Below, piece after piece: positions 17,904-27,957 of a stretch of DNA of 48,840 nt. Source of the stretch: Candidatus Giovannonibacteria bacterium RIFCSPLOWO2_02_FULL_45_28. Its GTDB lineage: Bacteria > Patescibacteriota > Minisyncoccia > UBA11713 > 2-01-FULL-45-33. The stretch covers positions 1 through 48,840 of the forward strand of contig MFIM01000027.1 of assembly GCA_001780725.1 (NCBI GenBank), read 5' to 3'. A program made the translations under genes and the position numbers. Within the stretch, counting starts at the first letter, position 1; every line of letters starts with the position of its first letter. Below the pieces are notes generated by a model. It saw only the letters and a list, made by a program, of their open reading frames with translations, was not told where the DNA came from and made no database searches.

Positions 17904-19214
17904 ATGGCAAAATTTTTAGTGAACGGAGGCAGGGCGCTGGAAGGCGAGATTTCGGTTTCCGGCTCCAAAAACGCGTCTTTGCCGGCTCTGGCGGCTTCGC
18001 TGCTTTTTTCTGATGCGCCTCCGCTGTTTCAAAACCTTCCTGAAATTGAAGATATCAAAAGAATGAAAGAGCTCCTTCAAAGCCAAAAAGACGGGAGATT
18101 TGATTATGAAGTCGCAAAAAAAATCCGCGCTTCTATTTTGGCTGTCGGTCCCGCTCTTGCTAGATTCGGCCGCTCTTCTTTTCCGCATCCGGGAGGGTGT
18201 GTAATAGGCGCGCGCCCGATTGATGTTTTTTTTGATGGTTGGAAAGCAATGGGGGCAATTGTAGAAAAAACGCCGCCAAGCGGGAAGAAACCTGGTTTTT
18301 TGGCGGTCTCAAAACCAGGTTTCGAGGAGCTGGGCGGCGTTCACTCTATCCCAATTTACGAAATCCGTGCGCCTCAAGGACTTAGGGGCTGCGATTTTAC
18401 TTTTAGAGTGCCCAGCGTTACCGGAACAGAGGGTTTAATGATGACAGCTGTTTTGGCGCAAGGGCGGACGATTTTAAGAAACGTTGCCGAAGAGCCTGAA
18501 ATTCTAAGCTTGGCCGATTGGCTTAATAAAAATGGCGCAAAGATCGGCGGAGCGGGCACGCACACCATAACTATTGAAGGCCGCGGCGGAAAGCTGCTTT
18601 CCGGACAAGTTCCATTTTTGGCGCCGCCGGACCGCATAGAGGCAGGAAGTTTGGCAATTTTGGGGGCAATCGCGGCCAAAAAAATGACTATTAAAAATTT
18701 TCCTGAAAATGAACTTACGGCTCTGCTTGGGGTTTTAAAAACCGCAAGAGCTGAATTTGAAATAACGCATCATGACCACTCGCTATTCCCATCCATTACC
18801 TTAAAGCGAGCAACGAAGTTGCGAGCGGTTAATGTTCAAACAAAAGAATATCCCGGATTTGCCACGGATTTGCAAGCGCCGTATACCGTTCTTGCAACGC
18901 AGGCCGAAGGCGTGAGCATGATACACGAAACTATTTTTGAGGGGCGCCTAAATTATGTGGAAGATTTGAATAAAATTGGAGCGCGGATTAACCTTTGCGA
19001 TCCGCACCGCGCAATAGTGCACGGACCCTCTAATTTAACAGGATGGAATCTTGAGGGGCCGGATATCAGGGCGGGGCTTGCGTTTTTGATAGCCGCACTC
19101 GTAGCCAGAGGAGAATCTCAAATCGGCAATATTTATCAAATTGACCGCGGCCACGAAAAAATAGACGCACGCCTCCGCGCGCTAGGCGCGGATATTAAGA
19201 GGATGGAAGCTTGA
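17904..19214 (+). CDS. murA: UDP-N-acetylglucosamine 1-carboxyvinyltransferase
   Basis: SGSKNASLP, RASIL, PGGCVIGARP, SVTGTE, DRIEAG, YPGFATDLQ, IFEGR, DIRAG, IDRG; start moved to MAKF. Confidence 0.96.
   Translation: MAKFLVNGGRALEGEISVSGSKNASLPALAASLLFSDAPPLFQNLPEIEDIKRMKELLQSQKDGRFDYEVAKKIRASILAVGPALARFGRSSFPHPGGCVIGARPIDVFFDGWKAMGAIVEKTPPSGKKPGFLAVSKPGFEELGGVHSIPIYEIRAPQGLRGCDFTFRVPSVTGTEGLMMTAVLAQGRTILRNVAEEPEILSLADWLNKNGAKIGGAGTHTITIEGRGGKLLSGQVPFLAPPDRIEAGSLAILGAIAAKKMTIKNFPENELTALLGVLKTARAEFEITHHDHSLFPSITLKRATKLRAVNVQTKEYPGFATDLQAPYTVLATQAEGVSMIHETIFEGRLNYVEDLNKIGARINLCDPHRAIVHGPSNLTGWNLEGPDIRAGLAFLIAALVARGESQIGNIYQIDRGHEKIDARLRALGADIKRMEA
18269..18341 (+). repeat. GGGAA/GAGGA structured element, copy 1 (in murA)
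   Basis: AACGCCGCCAAGC-GGGAA-GAAACCTGGTTTT-N11-AAAACCAGGTTTC-GAGGA-GCTGGGCGGCGTT. Confidence 0.85.
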
Positions 19215-19245
19215 CTTCGAAATGTTTTGCGCTTATCATAACCTT

Positions 19246-19500
19246 ATGAAGAAAAAATTAACCAAAAAAGTGTACCAATATACAGCAGTTTTTGAATTAA
19301 ATAAGGGCGGCGGCTATACTGCGATTATCCCTGCTTTGCCGGGCTGTATTTCGGAAGGAGATAATTTTGAGGAGGCGCTAAAAAATATTGAAGAAGCAGC
19401 CTTACTTTACCTTGAAGATTTACGTGCGGATAAAATGCTTGAGGAATTTGCAAAAGACTCTCAAAAGATAGTCTTGGCTCCGATAAAAGTAATGGCATAA
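19246..19500 (+). CDS. hicB: HicB family antitoxin
   Basis: GGYTAIIPALPGCISEGDNFEEALKNIEEAALLYLE; TTGACT-N17-TATCAT ends 7 nt before this ATG. Confidence 0.9.
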   Translation: MKKKLTKKVYQYTAVFELNKGGGYTAIIPALPGCISEGDNFEEALKNIEEAALLYLEDLRADKMLEEFAKDSQKIVLAPIKVMA

Positions 19501-19507
19501 AACTGCT

Positions 19508-19726
19508 GTGCCAAAACTGCCAAGAGTTAAACCGAGAGAAATTATTGGCGCGCTAGAAAAAGCGAGCTTTTATTTTACTCGCCAGAAAGGCAGCCACAAG
19601 CTTTATAAAAAAGACAAATGCAGGGTTACGATTGCTTATCACAACAAAGATATGAACCCCAAAACCTTAAAACACATAATAGAGCAGTCCGGCCTAACAT
19701 TAGAAGAATTTATTAAATTGCTTTGA
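19508..19726 (+). CDS. hicA: HicA family toxin
   Basis: REIIGALEKASF..RQKGSH..VTIAYH..TLKHIIEQSG. Confidence 0.9.
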   Translation: MPKLPRVKPREIIGALEKASFYFTRQKGSHKLYKKDKCRVTIAYHNKDMNPKTLKHIIEQSGLTLEEFIKLL

Positions 19727-19775
19727 TGCTGCGATTGAAGTGGGGAGAATAAAATGCTATAAATGAGGCATATTC

Positions 19776-20792
19776 ATGATTAATTTTTTCATCAAAAAAA
19801 TCGGGATAGATCTTGGAACGGCTAACACGCTGGTCTATGTTCCAGGAAAAGGCATTTTGCTAAATGAACCATCTGTGGTGGCGGTTGCCCTTCCTGAAAA
19901 TAAAGTGCTTGCGGTCGGCAACGAAGCTAAAGTTATGATTGGGAGGACACCAGAGACAATCGTTGCTTACCGCCCGATGAAAGACGGAGTAATCGCCGAT
20001 TATCGCGTTACGGAAGCCATGCTACGCTATTTTATTTCCAAAACTGTTGGGCGCTGGAATTTGATGCGCCCGGAAGTTTTGGTTTCCGTTCCGGCGGGCG
20101 TTACTTCAACCGAACGAAGATCGGTGGTGGAAGCAGCCATAAAAGCCGGAGCCAAATCGGCCTATGTTGTAAAAGAACCGGTGCTTGCGGCAATCGGCGC
20201 CGGAATTCCCATTCACGAACCGCGAGGTCATATGGTTGTAGATATCGGTGGAGGCACAACCGATGCGGCGGTAATTTCTTTGGGGGGCATTGTGAGCTCC
20301 ATTTCCGTAAAAGTCGCCGGCAACAAGATTGATCAGGCGATTTCGGATTATATTAAAAAGCAATTCAATCTGGCAGTGGGGGATTCAACCGCCGAACAAA
20401 TAAAAATAAGCATAGGATCGGCAACCCCAATAGAAGAAGAGTTGGTTATGACAATAAAAGGGCGCGATTTTTTAACCGGGCTTCCGAGATCAATAGACAT
20501 CCGCACCAATGAAATAGTAAAGGCGATTGACGGCGAGCTCCGCGATATCGTAAAAGCCATCAAGCAGGTTTTGCACAATACTCCTCCGGAACTTGCATCG
20601 GACATAATAGAAAACGGAATTGTGATGACGGGCGGAGGGTCGCTTTTGCGAAATTTAAATTTGCTGGTTAGCCGTTCCACTGGCGTTCCGACGACTGTTG
20701 CCAAAGACGCACTTTATTGCGTAGCCAAAGGCACTGGCATTGCGCTGGAGCATTTAGAGGCTTACAAGAAAAGCATTGTTGCTAAACGATAA
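19776..20792 (+). CDS. mreB: rod shape-determining protein MreB/Mbl, paralogue 1
   Basis: GIDLGTANT, NEPSVVA, VDIGGGTT, TGGGSLL. Confidence 0.93.
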   Translation: MINFFIKKIGIDLGTANTLVYVPGKGILLNEPSVVAVALPENKVLAVGNEAKVMIGRTPETIVAYRPMKDGVIADYRVTEAMLRYFISKTVGRWNLMRPEVLVSVPAGVTSTERRSVVEAAIKAGAKSAYVVKEPVLAAIGAGIPIHEPRGHMVVDIGGGTTDAAVISLGGIVSSISVKVAGNKIDQAISDYIKKQFNLAVGDSTAEQIKISIGSATPIEEELVMTIKGRDFLTGLPRSIDIRTNEIVKAIDGELRDIVKAIKQVLHNTPPELASDIIENGIVMTGGGSLLRNLNLLVSRSTGVPTTVAKDALYCVAKGTGIALEHLEAYKKSIVAKR

Positions 20793-21363
20793 ATCTCACG
20801 CTTATTTATTTTCCGGCAATGACGAAAAGGCAAAAAATCAGGCAATTGAATTTTTAATGTCTCGTTTTTTGGAAAAAAACTGGAGACACAGCCCGGATTT
20901 TTTTAAGGTAGCCAGCGATCCAATTACAATTGACGACGTGCGCGCGTTGAAAATAAGAGCTTCGCAAAGTCCCGTAGCGGGGCTATATAACGTTTTTTTG
21001 ATAGAGAGTATTGAAAATTTGAGCAGAGACGCTGCTCCGGCGCTTCTGAAACTTCTTGAAGAGCCTTCGCAGAGGTGCGTTATAATAGCAACAACCGCCA
21101 ACGCAAGAGCTGTTTTACCGACAATCAAATCCCGCCTTTCCACATTCAGATTTTGGAACAAGAGTGCGCTCGAAAAAGATTACGGCAAAGACGATTTTGG
21201 GGCAGCTTTGCAAAAATCACTGGCCAGAGCCGAGGCGGGCGCGAGAACAAGTCCGACGCAAGACAATATTTCAAAATTTGAAAAAACGCTTGAAATTTAT
21301 AAAATTATAAACGACCCCACCGCCAACAAAAGGCTTTTGGGCGAATATTTAAATTTAATTTAA
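20776..21363 (+). CDS. holB: truncated DNA polymerase III delta-prime-like subunit
   Basis: SHAYLFSG, HSPDF, ITIDDVR, ALLKLLEEP, LPTIKSR. Confidence 0.75.
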   Translation: MLLNDKSHAYLFSGNDEKAKNQAIEFLMSRFLEKNWRHSPDFFKVASDPITIDDVRALKIRASQSPVAGLYNVFLIESIENLSRDAAPALLKLLEEPSQRCVIIATTANARAVLPTIKSRLSTFRFWNKSALEKDYGKDDFGAALQKSLARAEAGARTSPTQDNISKFEKTLEIYKIINDPTANKRLLGEYLNLI

Positions 21364-21914
21364 TGATTGATTTTCCAAAAGAGGAAAAGGAATTCAAAAA
21401 TATAATATCGCGATTTGAAGAAGAGCTAAAAAAAATCCGCACCGGCCGGGCAACTTCTTCGGTTTTGGAAGGAATTCTTGTAGAATCTTACGGGGTTCAA
21501 ACACCGCTTATGCATGCGGCAGCCTTGTCTTCGCCGGACCCGAAAAGCGTGCTGATTCGCCCTTGGGATAAAAATTTGCTTCCTGCCATTGAGCAGGCGC
21601 TTGCAAGGGCCAATCTGGGGCTTTCTATAATTTCCGAATCGGATCAAGTCAGAGTTGTTTTTCCGGCGCTTACTGAAGAGCGCCGGAAAGAGTTCGTCAA
21701 GATGGTCGGCAAAAAAGCAGAAGAGGCGCGCATATCTGTCAGACAGCGCAGGGATGAAATATGGAAAACAATCCAGGAAGAAGAGCGAGCCAAAATCATA
21801 TCAGAAACACAAAAATATTCACAAAAAGAAAAAATGGAGAAAATGGTTGAAGAAGTAAATAAAAAAATTGCGGAGTTGGCCGAAAAAAAAGAAAAGGAGA
21901 TCATGAGCATTTAA
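21363..21914 (+). CDS. frr: ribosome recycling factor
   Basis: IRTGRA, VESYG, IRPWD, PALTEERRKE, KEKEIM. Confidence 0.95.
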   Translation: MIDFPKEEKEFKNIISRFEEELKKIRTGRATSSVLEGILVESYGVQTPLMHAAALSSPDPKSVLIRPWDKNLLPAIEQALARANLGLSIISESDQVRVVFPALTEERRKEFVKMVGKKAEEARISVRQRRDEIWKTIQEEERAKIISETQKYSQKEKMEKMVEEVNKKIAELAEKKEKEIMSI

Positions 21915-21918
21915 CGCG

Positions 21919-22974
21919 ATGACATTAATATTTTTTTTAATAATTTTGCTGGCGCTGGTTCTTTCTCATGAATTTGGGCATTTTTTTGCCGCGCGCGCGT
22001 TTGGGATAAAAGTTGAGGAATTCGGATTTGGCATTCCCCCGCGGATTGCGGGCATCTGGCGCGATAAAAAGGGCACTCTTTACTCTCTTAATTTTTTGCC
22101 GTTCGGCGGCTTTGTAAAAATATTCGGCGAGGAGGGTGACGGGTCGGACCAACCCGGAAGTTTTGGATCAAAACCCGCATGGTCAAAAGCTTTAGTTTTG
22201 GCAAGCGGAGTTTTAGCTAATATTTTGCTGGCTTATATGATTTTTAGTTTTGTAAGCTGGGCGGGCGCGCCGCAGGTAATTTCAGAGGAAGAAAGAAGCT
22301 TTTATCAGGACGCAAAAATTACTATCATAGATTTGGCGCCCGCGTCGCCGGCAGCTATGGCCAGCATTAAAGTCGGCGATCAGGTCGTCGGTTTTTCAAA
22401 AATAGAAAACTTCCAGAATTTTGTCAGGGAAAATCAAGGCCAAAACATTAACGTTTCTTTGCTCCGCGGAAAGGAGACGCTTGCAATTACAGTATTAGCC
22501 CGCGCTAATCCTCCGGAGGGAGAGGGGCCGCTTGGAATCGCGCTGGGCTATGTGCGCATAAAAAAATCGCCGTGGTACCTTGCGCCGATTGACGGCGCGC
22601 GGCTGGCTTGGCAGACGCTTGAAAGCACCGTTTTGGGTTTTTTTGAAATTGTTAAAAATATTGCAAGAAAAGAAACAGCAAATATTCAAGTGGCTGGGCC
22701 GGTGGGGATTTTCAATATCACATCTTCTGCAGTAAGCATGGGGCTAAATACGATTTTAATCCTGACTGCTATTCTCTCAATAAATCTGGCGGTGATTAAT
22801 GTTTTGCCATTCCCCGGGCTTGACGGCGGGCGGTTATTTTTCCTTCTGATTGAGGCAATCCGCGGTAAGCGGATTTCGCCAAAAATCGGCGCTTTTACTC
22901 ACAGTCTTGGTCTTGCCATCCTTATAATTTTGATGATTTTAATAACTTACCACGACATTGCGAAAACGTTCTGA
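21919..22974 (+). CDS. rseP: RIP/site-2 metalloprotease RseP
   Basis: HEFGH, EFGFG, PFGGFV, PDZ-like segment, NVLPFPGLDGGR. Confidence 0.92.
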   Translation: MTLIFFLIILLALVLSHEFGHFFAARAFGIKVEEFGFGIPPRIAGIWRDKKGTLYSLNFLPFGGFVKIFGEEGDGSDQPGSFGSKPAWSKALVLASGVLANILLAYMIFSFVSWAGAPQVISEEERSFYQDAKITIIDLAPASPAAMASIKVGDQVVGFSKIENFQNFVRENQGQNINVSLLRGKETLAITVLARANPPEGEGPLGIALGYVRIKKSPWYLAPIDGARLAWQTLESTVLGFFEIVKNIARKETANIQVAGPVGIFNITSSAVSMGLNTILILTAILSINLAVINVLPFPGLDGGRLFFLLIEAIRGKRISPKIGAFTHSLGLAILIILMILITYHDIAKTF

Positions 22975-22993
22975 CTCGGGTTATTATTAGCCC

Positions 22994-24220
22994 ATGCGGC
23001 TTTCGGAATTGTTTGCAAAAACCAAGAGAGCTTCGCCAAAAGACGAAGAATCAAAAAACGCCCAACTTTTGGAGCGGGCCGGTTTTATTCAAAAGCTCTC
23101 CGCCGGAGTTTATACTTTTTTGCCCCTCGGCCTTAGGGTTTTAAATAAAATAGAAAATATTGTCCGGGAGGAAATGAACAAAGCCGGAGGTGTTGAGATT
23201 TTAATGCCCGCTTTGCACCCAAAAGAAATTTGGGAAGCGACCGGACGTTGGCAGAGTTTTGGCGCGTTGTTTAAGACAGAGAGCGCTTTTGGCGGCCAGT
23301 ATGCCTTGGGGCCTACTCACGAAGAGGTTTTATATTCTTTGCTTAGAAATCACATAAGCTCGTACCGGGATTTGCCGGTTTGTGTTTATCAAATTCAAAC
23401 AAAATTCCGGGACGAGAAAAGGGCAAAAGCCGGATTATTGCGCGGAAAGGAATTTCGGATGAAGGATTTTTACAGTTTTCACGCTGATGATCAAGACAGG
23501 GATAAATATTATGAAGCCATGAAAAAGGTATATCTCGCCGTATTTCAAAAACTTGAACTTAATGCAATTCCTACAGCGGCCGGCGGCGGCACCTTTTCCG
23601 AACTTTCAATGGAATTTCAGGTTCCGTGCGAATCCGGCGAAGATGTTGTTTACTTGTGCAAAAAATGCAATGAAGCGGTGAATAAAGAGCTGGCGGGTTC
23701 CGCCCCTTCAAAATGCCGGAGTTGCGGCGGAGGGGCGGATGAGATAAAAACAATTGAAGTTGGCAATATTTTTCCTTTAAAAGAAAAATTTGCCAAAGAT
23801 TTTAATTTGAGTTTTAAAGATAAAAACGGCAACGCCCGGCTGGTTTCAGCAGGATGCTATGGCCTTGGCACTTCTCGTGCAATGGGCGCCATTGCAGAAG
23901 TTATGAACGACGAAAAGGGCCTTCGCTGGCCTGGAAGCGTGGCTCCTTTTAAGGCGCATCTTATAGAGCTGGACGCAGGTGCGTCAAAAATTTACAAAGA
24001 GCTTGTTGCAAAAGGGACAGAAGTATTATATGATGACCGCGCCGGAAGCGCTGCTGGCGAAAAATTTGCGGACGCAGATCTTATAGGCATTCCGCTACGT
24101 ATTGTTGTGAGCAAAAAAACTATTGCCAAAAACTCTGTGGAAGTAAAAAGGCGCTACGATGTTCAAACTGAATTAATTAAAATTCCCGACATTTATTCAT
24201 ATATTAGTAAAAATTTGTAA
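22994..24220 (+). CDS. proS: proline--tRNA ligase (short form, no editing insertion)
   Basis: LGPTHEE, QTKFRDEKR, GLLRGKEFRMKD, EVGNIF, GCYGLG, ADLIGIP. Confidence 0.95.
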   Translation: MRLSELFAKTKRASPKDEESKNAQLLERAGFIQKLSAGVYTFLPLGLRVLNKIENIVREEMNKAGGVEILMPALHPKEIWEATGRWQSFGALFKTESAFGGQYALGPTHEEVLYSLLRNHISSYRDLPVCVYQIQTKFRDEKRAKAGLLRGKEFRMKDFYSFHADDQDRDKYYEAMKKVYLAVFQKLELNAIPTAAGGGTFSELSMEFQVPCESGEDVVYLCKKCNEAVNKELAGSAPSKCRSCGGGADEIKTIEVGNIFPLKEKFAKDFNLSFKDKNGNARLVSAGCYGLGTSRAMGAIAEVMNDEKGLRWPGSVAPFKAHLIELDAGASKIYKELVAKGTEVLYDDRAGSAAGEKFADADLIGIPLRIVVSKKTIAKNSVEVKRRYDVQTELIKIPDIYSYISKNL

Positions 24221-24231
24221 TTAGTAGCGCT

Positions 24232-25284
24232 ATGTTTAGTAAATTTTTTGGAATATTTTCAAAAGATTTGGGTATTGATTTAGGGACAGCCAACACCCTT
24301 GTTTACGTCAAGGGAGAGGGCGTTTTGATCAACGAACCGTCCGTTGTTGCGATTAATCAAAAAACCGGGCAGGTGGTCGCTATCGGCAGCGAGGCTAAAA
24401 AAATGGTAGGGAGAACCCCGGGCCACATAACAGCTTTGAGGCCTTTGGTGGAAGGAGTAATTTCCGATTTTGAAGTAACGGCCGAGATGCTGAATTATTT
24501 TATAAAAAAAGTGCACAGTCCAACCCAACAGCTTTTCGCGCGGCCGAGAGTTGTCATAGGCATCCCTTCCAGCATTACGGAAGTTGAGCGCCGGGCGGTA
24601 AGGGATGCAGCCCGAAACGCCGGAGCGCGCGAAGTTTATTTGGTAGAGGAGCCGATGGCCGCCGCAATCGGCGCGCGGCTTCCTATACAGGAAGCTGTCG
24701 GAAATATGGTTATAGATCTCGGCGGAGGAACAACGGATATTGCGGTTATTTCTTTGGGAGGGATAGTGGCTTCAAGAAATTTGCGGATTGCCGGAGACAG
24801 ATTTAATGAAGACATTGCGGCTTACGCCAGAGACGAATTTAAACTTTTGATCGGCGAACGCACTGCGGAAGACATTAAAATTTCTATTGGTTCTGTTTGG
24901 AAAACCAACGAAATATTGGAGGGTGCGCTTCGCGGGCGCGATCTGGTCACAGGCCTGCCTCGCGAAGTGCTGGTTACCGACAGCGATATCCGTGCGGCTT
25001 TGGCTAAATCCATGCGCACGGTTATTGACGCGGCAAAAAACACAATTGAAGATACGCCGCCGGAATTGGTTTCCGATATTATGCACCGCGGCATCTTGCT
25101 GGTAGGAGGAGGAAGCCTAATACGCGGATTGGACAAGCTTTTGGAGCGGGAAACAAAAATGCCGGTTTATCTCGCCGAGGATCCGCTTACAACGGTTGTC
25201 CGGGGCACGGGCATAATCCTGGAAGACCTGGAAAGCATATCCGAGGTTTTTATTGAAGACGATTATGATTTACCTCCCCAATAA
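24232..25284 (+). CDS. mreB: rod shape-determining protein MreB, paralogue 2
   Basis: DLGIDLGTANT, EEPMAAAIGA, DLGGGTT; followed by mreC. Confidence 0.95.
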   Translation: MFSKFFGIFSKDLGIDLGTANTLVYVKGEGVLINEPSVVAINQKTGQVVAIGSEAKKMVGRTPGHITALRPLVEGVISDFEVTAEMLNYFIKKVHSPTQQLFARPRVVIGIPSSITEVERRAVRDAARNAGAREVYLVEEPMAAAIGARLPIQEAVGNMVIDLGGGTTDIAVISLGGIVASRNLRIAGDRFNEDIAAYARDEFKLLIGERTAEDIKISIGSVWKTNEILEGALRGRDLVTGLPREVLVTDSDIRAALAKSMRTVIDAAKNTIEDTPPELVSDIMHRGILLVGGGSLIRGLDKLLERETKMPVYLAEDPLTTVVRGTGIILEDLESISEVFIEDDYDLPPQ

Positions 25285-26008
25285 ACCCCCACACCAAAAG
25301 TTTTGGTGTGGGGGTAAAAAATCTTATACACTCATTATTTTATGGGCAGTGCTAGTTGCGCTAGTTTTTTTTAATAAAAGCCACGCGTTAATACAAAATA
25401 TAATAGTCAAAACATCAATGTTTTTGGTCCCGGAACGTCTTGCCCAAAAAGACAGCGCAAACATCGCGCTATTTCTAGAACAAATAAGGGCGCTTAAATT
25501 TGAAAACAACAAATTAAAAACTGCGCTAGAAATTCAAAATCATTATCGCGTTATTCCGGCCAAAATAAAATTTGGCGGCGGATATCTTTTTATAGATTAC
25601 GTGTTTGCTGATGAAGGCGCTAAATCAGGCATCAAAGAAAACAATATTGTTGTAACCGAAAACAACGTTTTGGTCGGGCAGGTGGAGGCGGTTGGCGCAA
25701 ACTGGAGCAAGATTAAAAAAACCGGCAGTCTCGGGCAAAAATTGACTTTGATCGGCGAAGATCCGAATTTGAGCTTTGACGCTGTTGGGCTTGGAGGAGG
25801 CGAGCTAGCGGCCGAACTTCCTGCACGTTTGAGCGCCGTATTTAAACCTGGTGATACTTTGCGCTGGGCGGAAAATCCGAATTACACGGTCGGACTGATT
25901 GATAAAATAGATTTTAAAGAAGGCAACCCATTCGGAAAAATCTTAATTGTGAGCCCAATATCTCCATCGGCGGTAATTTGGGTTAACATCTTACCAAACA
26001 ATGATTGA
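25265..26008 (+). CDS. mreC: rod shape-determining protein MreC
   Basis: TM, coiled coil (ENNKLK), DEGAKSGIK..VV..LVGQV; lies between mreB and PBP2. Confidence 0.8.
   Translation: MIYLPNKPPHQKFWCGGKKSYTLIILWAVLVALVFFNKSHALIQNIIVKTSMFLVPERLAQKDSANIALFLEQIRALKFENNKLKTALEIQNHYRVIPAKIKFGGGYLFIDYVFADEGAKSGIKENNIVVTENNVLVGQVEAVGANWSKIKKTGSLGQKLTLIGEDPNLSFDAVGLGGGELAAELPARLSAVFKPGDTLRWAENPNYTVGLIDKIDFKEGNPFGKILIVSPISPSAVIWVNILPNND
25285..25315. repeat. perfect palindrome in mreC N-terminus
   Basis: ACCCCCACACCAAAA-G-TTTTGGTGTGGGGGT, encodes PPHQKFWCGG. Confidence 0.85.
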
Positions 26009-26294
26009 TCAAAGAACCCTTTTTGCCGCATTTTTATATAGCGTGACTTTTGACAGGATTTACTTATTTCCGACTATAATTGTTGTGTTGTTTTTTAACC
26101 TGCTGCCGTTCCGATTGAAATTTATTAATATTGCAATCTCAGGCATTTTTGGCTTGTTGAGTTTGGGAATATGGAATTTGTGGCTGAACAGTTGGAACTT
26201 GTTTTCTTATGCATTCGCTTTGCACCTTTTAACGTACTGTTTTATACTTTTGGTTATAATTTATATTTTTCATGAGGAAAAAAAACAATTCTAG
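26001..26294 (+). CDS. small multi-TM protein in the MreD position
   Basis: Hydrophobic 97 aa between mreC and mrdA; assignment by position only. Confidence 0.55.
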   Translation: MIDQRTLFAAFLYSVTFDRIYLFPTIIVVLFFNLLPFRLKFINIAISGIFGLLSLGIWNLWLNSWNLFSYAFALHLLTYCFILLVIIYIFHEEKKQF

Positions 26295-27954
26295 AGAAAT
26301 AGAAATTGACGAAATTTTTCTTGATCATATGAATGCGCCGGGTTTTCATAAAGAAAACATGGAAGGAATGATTGAAAATCCGATAAAGCGCAGGGTTTTT
26401 TGGGCGTTGGGCTGTTTTTTGTTTTCTGCATTGGCATTATTTGCCTTTCGGGTCGGATTTTTGCAGATCATGCAAGGAAAAGTATTTTATGAAAGATCGG
26501 AAAAAAACTATCTGCGCGTGGTAAGCTTGATACCGAAGCGCGGGATTATTTATGACCGCGACGGAAATGTTCTGGCTTATAACGAATACGAAGACGGCAA
26601 AATATTAAGAAAATATCCTTCGGAAAATTTTTTGCACGTTTTGGGTTACTTAAATTCATCGCCCAGCGCAAGCGACGGCAACATTTTAACAGGCGCGGAT
26701 GGCCTGGAAGCCGCTTACGAAGATATCTTAAAAGGGGTTTTAGCAAAAAAAATTGAAGAAGTGGATGCCAATGGCAGTATAATAAGCTCCGGCGCGCTGG
26801 AAAACGGCGAGCCCGGGCAAAGTCTTTTAACCAGCTTATCGCGCGATTTAGAAAATAAATTGGGAAGCGCAATTTCGGCTACTATGCTGGAACGCGGATT
26901 TACGGGCGGAGCCGGAGTTTTTATAGATGTCAGGAGCGGCGAGATTCTTGCGCTGGTCAGTTTCCCGGAATTTGACCCTAATTTGCTGAACGAGCTTGCT
27001 GGAAAATTACTGCGTGATGAGCGTAAACCGTTTTTAAACCGCGCTATTTCCGGCCTTTATCCGCCGGGGTCAATTGTAAAACCGGCATTGGCCGCCGCAG
27101 CTTTAGCTGAACATATTATCACTCCTGATAAAAAGATTTTAAGCGCCGGCAGTATAGCATTGCCTAATCCATACGACGCCAATCGGCCGAACATTTTTCC
27201 TGATTGGAAAGCTCACGGCTGGGTTGATATGCGGCAAGCATTGGCCGTCTCCAGCGACGTTTATTTTTATGAAATCGGCGGCGGCTATCAAGACCAGCAG
27301 GGTTTGGGCGCCTGGAATATCAAAAAATACTTATCATTGTTCGGATTAGGAGAACGTGCCGGAATAGATTTGCCTGGAGAAAATGCTGGGCACCTGCCGG
27401 ATCCTTCCGAAAAACAAGACGGCAGAGACTGGACTATCGGCGATACCTATCATATTTCAATCGGCCAAGGCAATATGGTTGTTACGCCAATTCAAATGGC
27501 TGTATATGCCGCTACCATTGCGTCCGGCGGAGTTATGCCTTATCCTCATTTAGTACGCGCTTTGATTGACCAGGACAAAAAACCCACGCAAGTTTTTTCA
27601 TATCCGCCAAAAAAACAAATTGAAATATCGCCGGGTGTCTTCAGCGTTGTAAAAGACGGCATGCGCGAAGCTGTAAAAAGCGGGACGGCTGCCGGGCTCG
27701 GGTGGCTTCCTTTCCCGGTAGCAGCGAAAACCGGTACGGCCGAAATCGGAGAAATAAATAAGGTTCATTCATGGTCTATCGGATTTTTTCCATATGATAA
27801 ACCGCAAGTGGCCTTCGCGATTTTAATGGAAAGTGGTCCCAGGCAAAATACCATAGGCGCCACTTTCGTGGCCTCTGAAGTGTTGCGATGGATAGCGGAT
27901 ACCGATTTCCTTAAAAAGATGCAAAATGATATACTATTAACAACTAATATTTAA
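26272..27954 (+). CDS. mrdA: penicillin-binding protein 2
   Basis: RGIIYDRDG, YPPGSIVK (SxxK), SSDVYFY, KTGTAE. Confidence 0.9.
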   Translation: MRKKNNSREIEIDEIFLDHMNAPGFHKENMEGMIENPIKRRVFWALGCFLFSALALFAFRVGFLQIMQGKVFYERSEKNYLRVVSLIPKRGIIYDRDGNVLAYNEYEDGKILRKYPSENFLHVLGYLNSSPSASDGNILTGADGLEAAYEDILKGVLAKKIEEVDANGSIISSGALENGEPGQSLLTSLSRDLENKLGSAISATMLERGFTGGAGVFIDVRSGEILALVSFPEFDPNLLNELAGKLLRDERKPFLNRAISGLYPPGSIVKPALAAAALAEHIITPDKKILSAGSIALPNPYDANRPNIFPDWKAHGWVDMRQALAVSSDVYFYEIGGGYQDQQGLGAWNIKKYLSLFGLGERAGIDLPGENAGHLPDPSEKQDGRDWTIGDTYHISIGQGNMVVTPIQMAVYAATIASGGVMPYPHLVRALIDQDKKPTQVFSYPPKKQIEISPGVFSVVKDGMREAVKSGTAAGLGWLPFPVAAKTGTAEIGEINKVHSWSIGFFPYDKPQVAFAILMESGPRQNTIGATFVASEVLRWIADTDFLKKMQNDILLTTNI

Positions 27955-27957
27955 TTT

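Noticed and set aside
19776-25284. Two mreB copies as a novelty
   Set aside because: MreB/Mbl paralogue pairs are common and both look intact.
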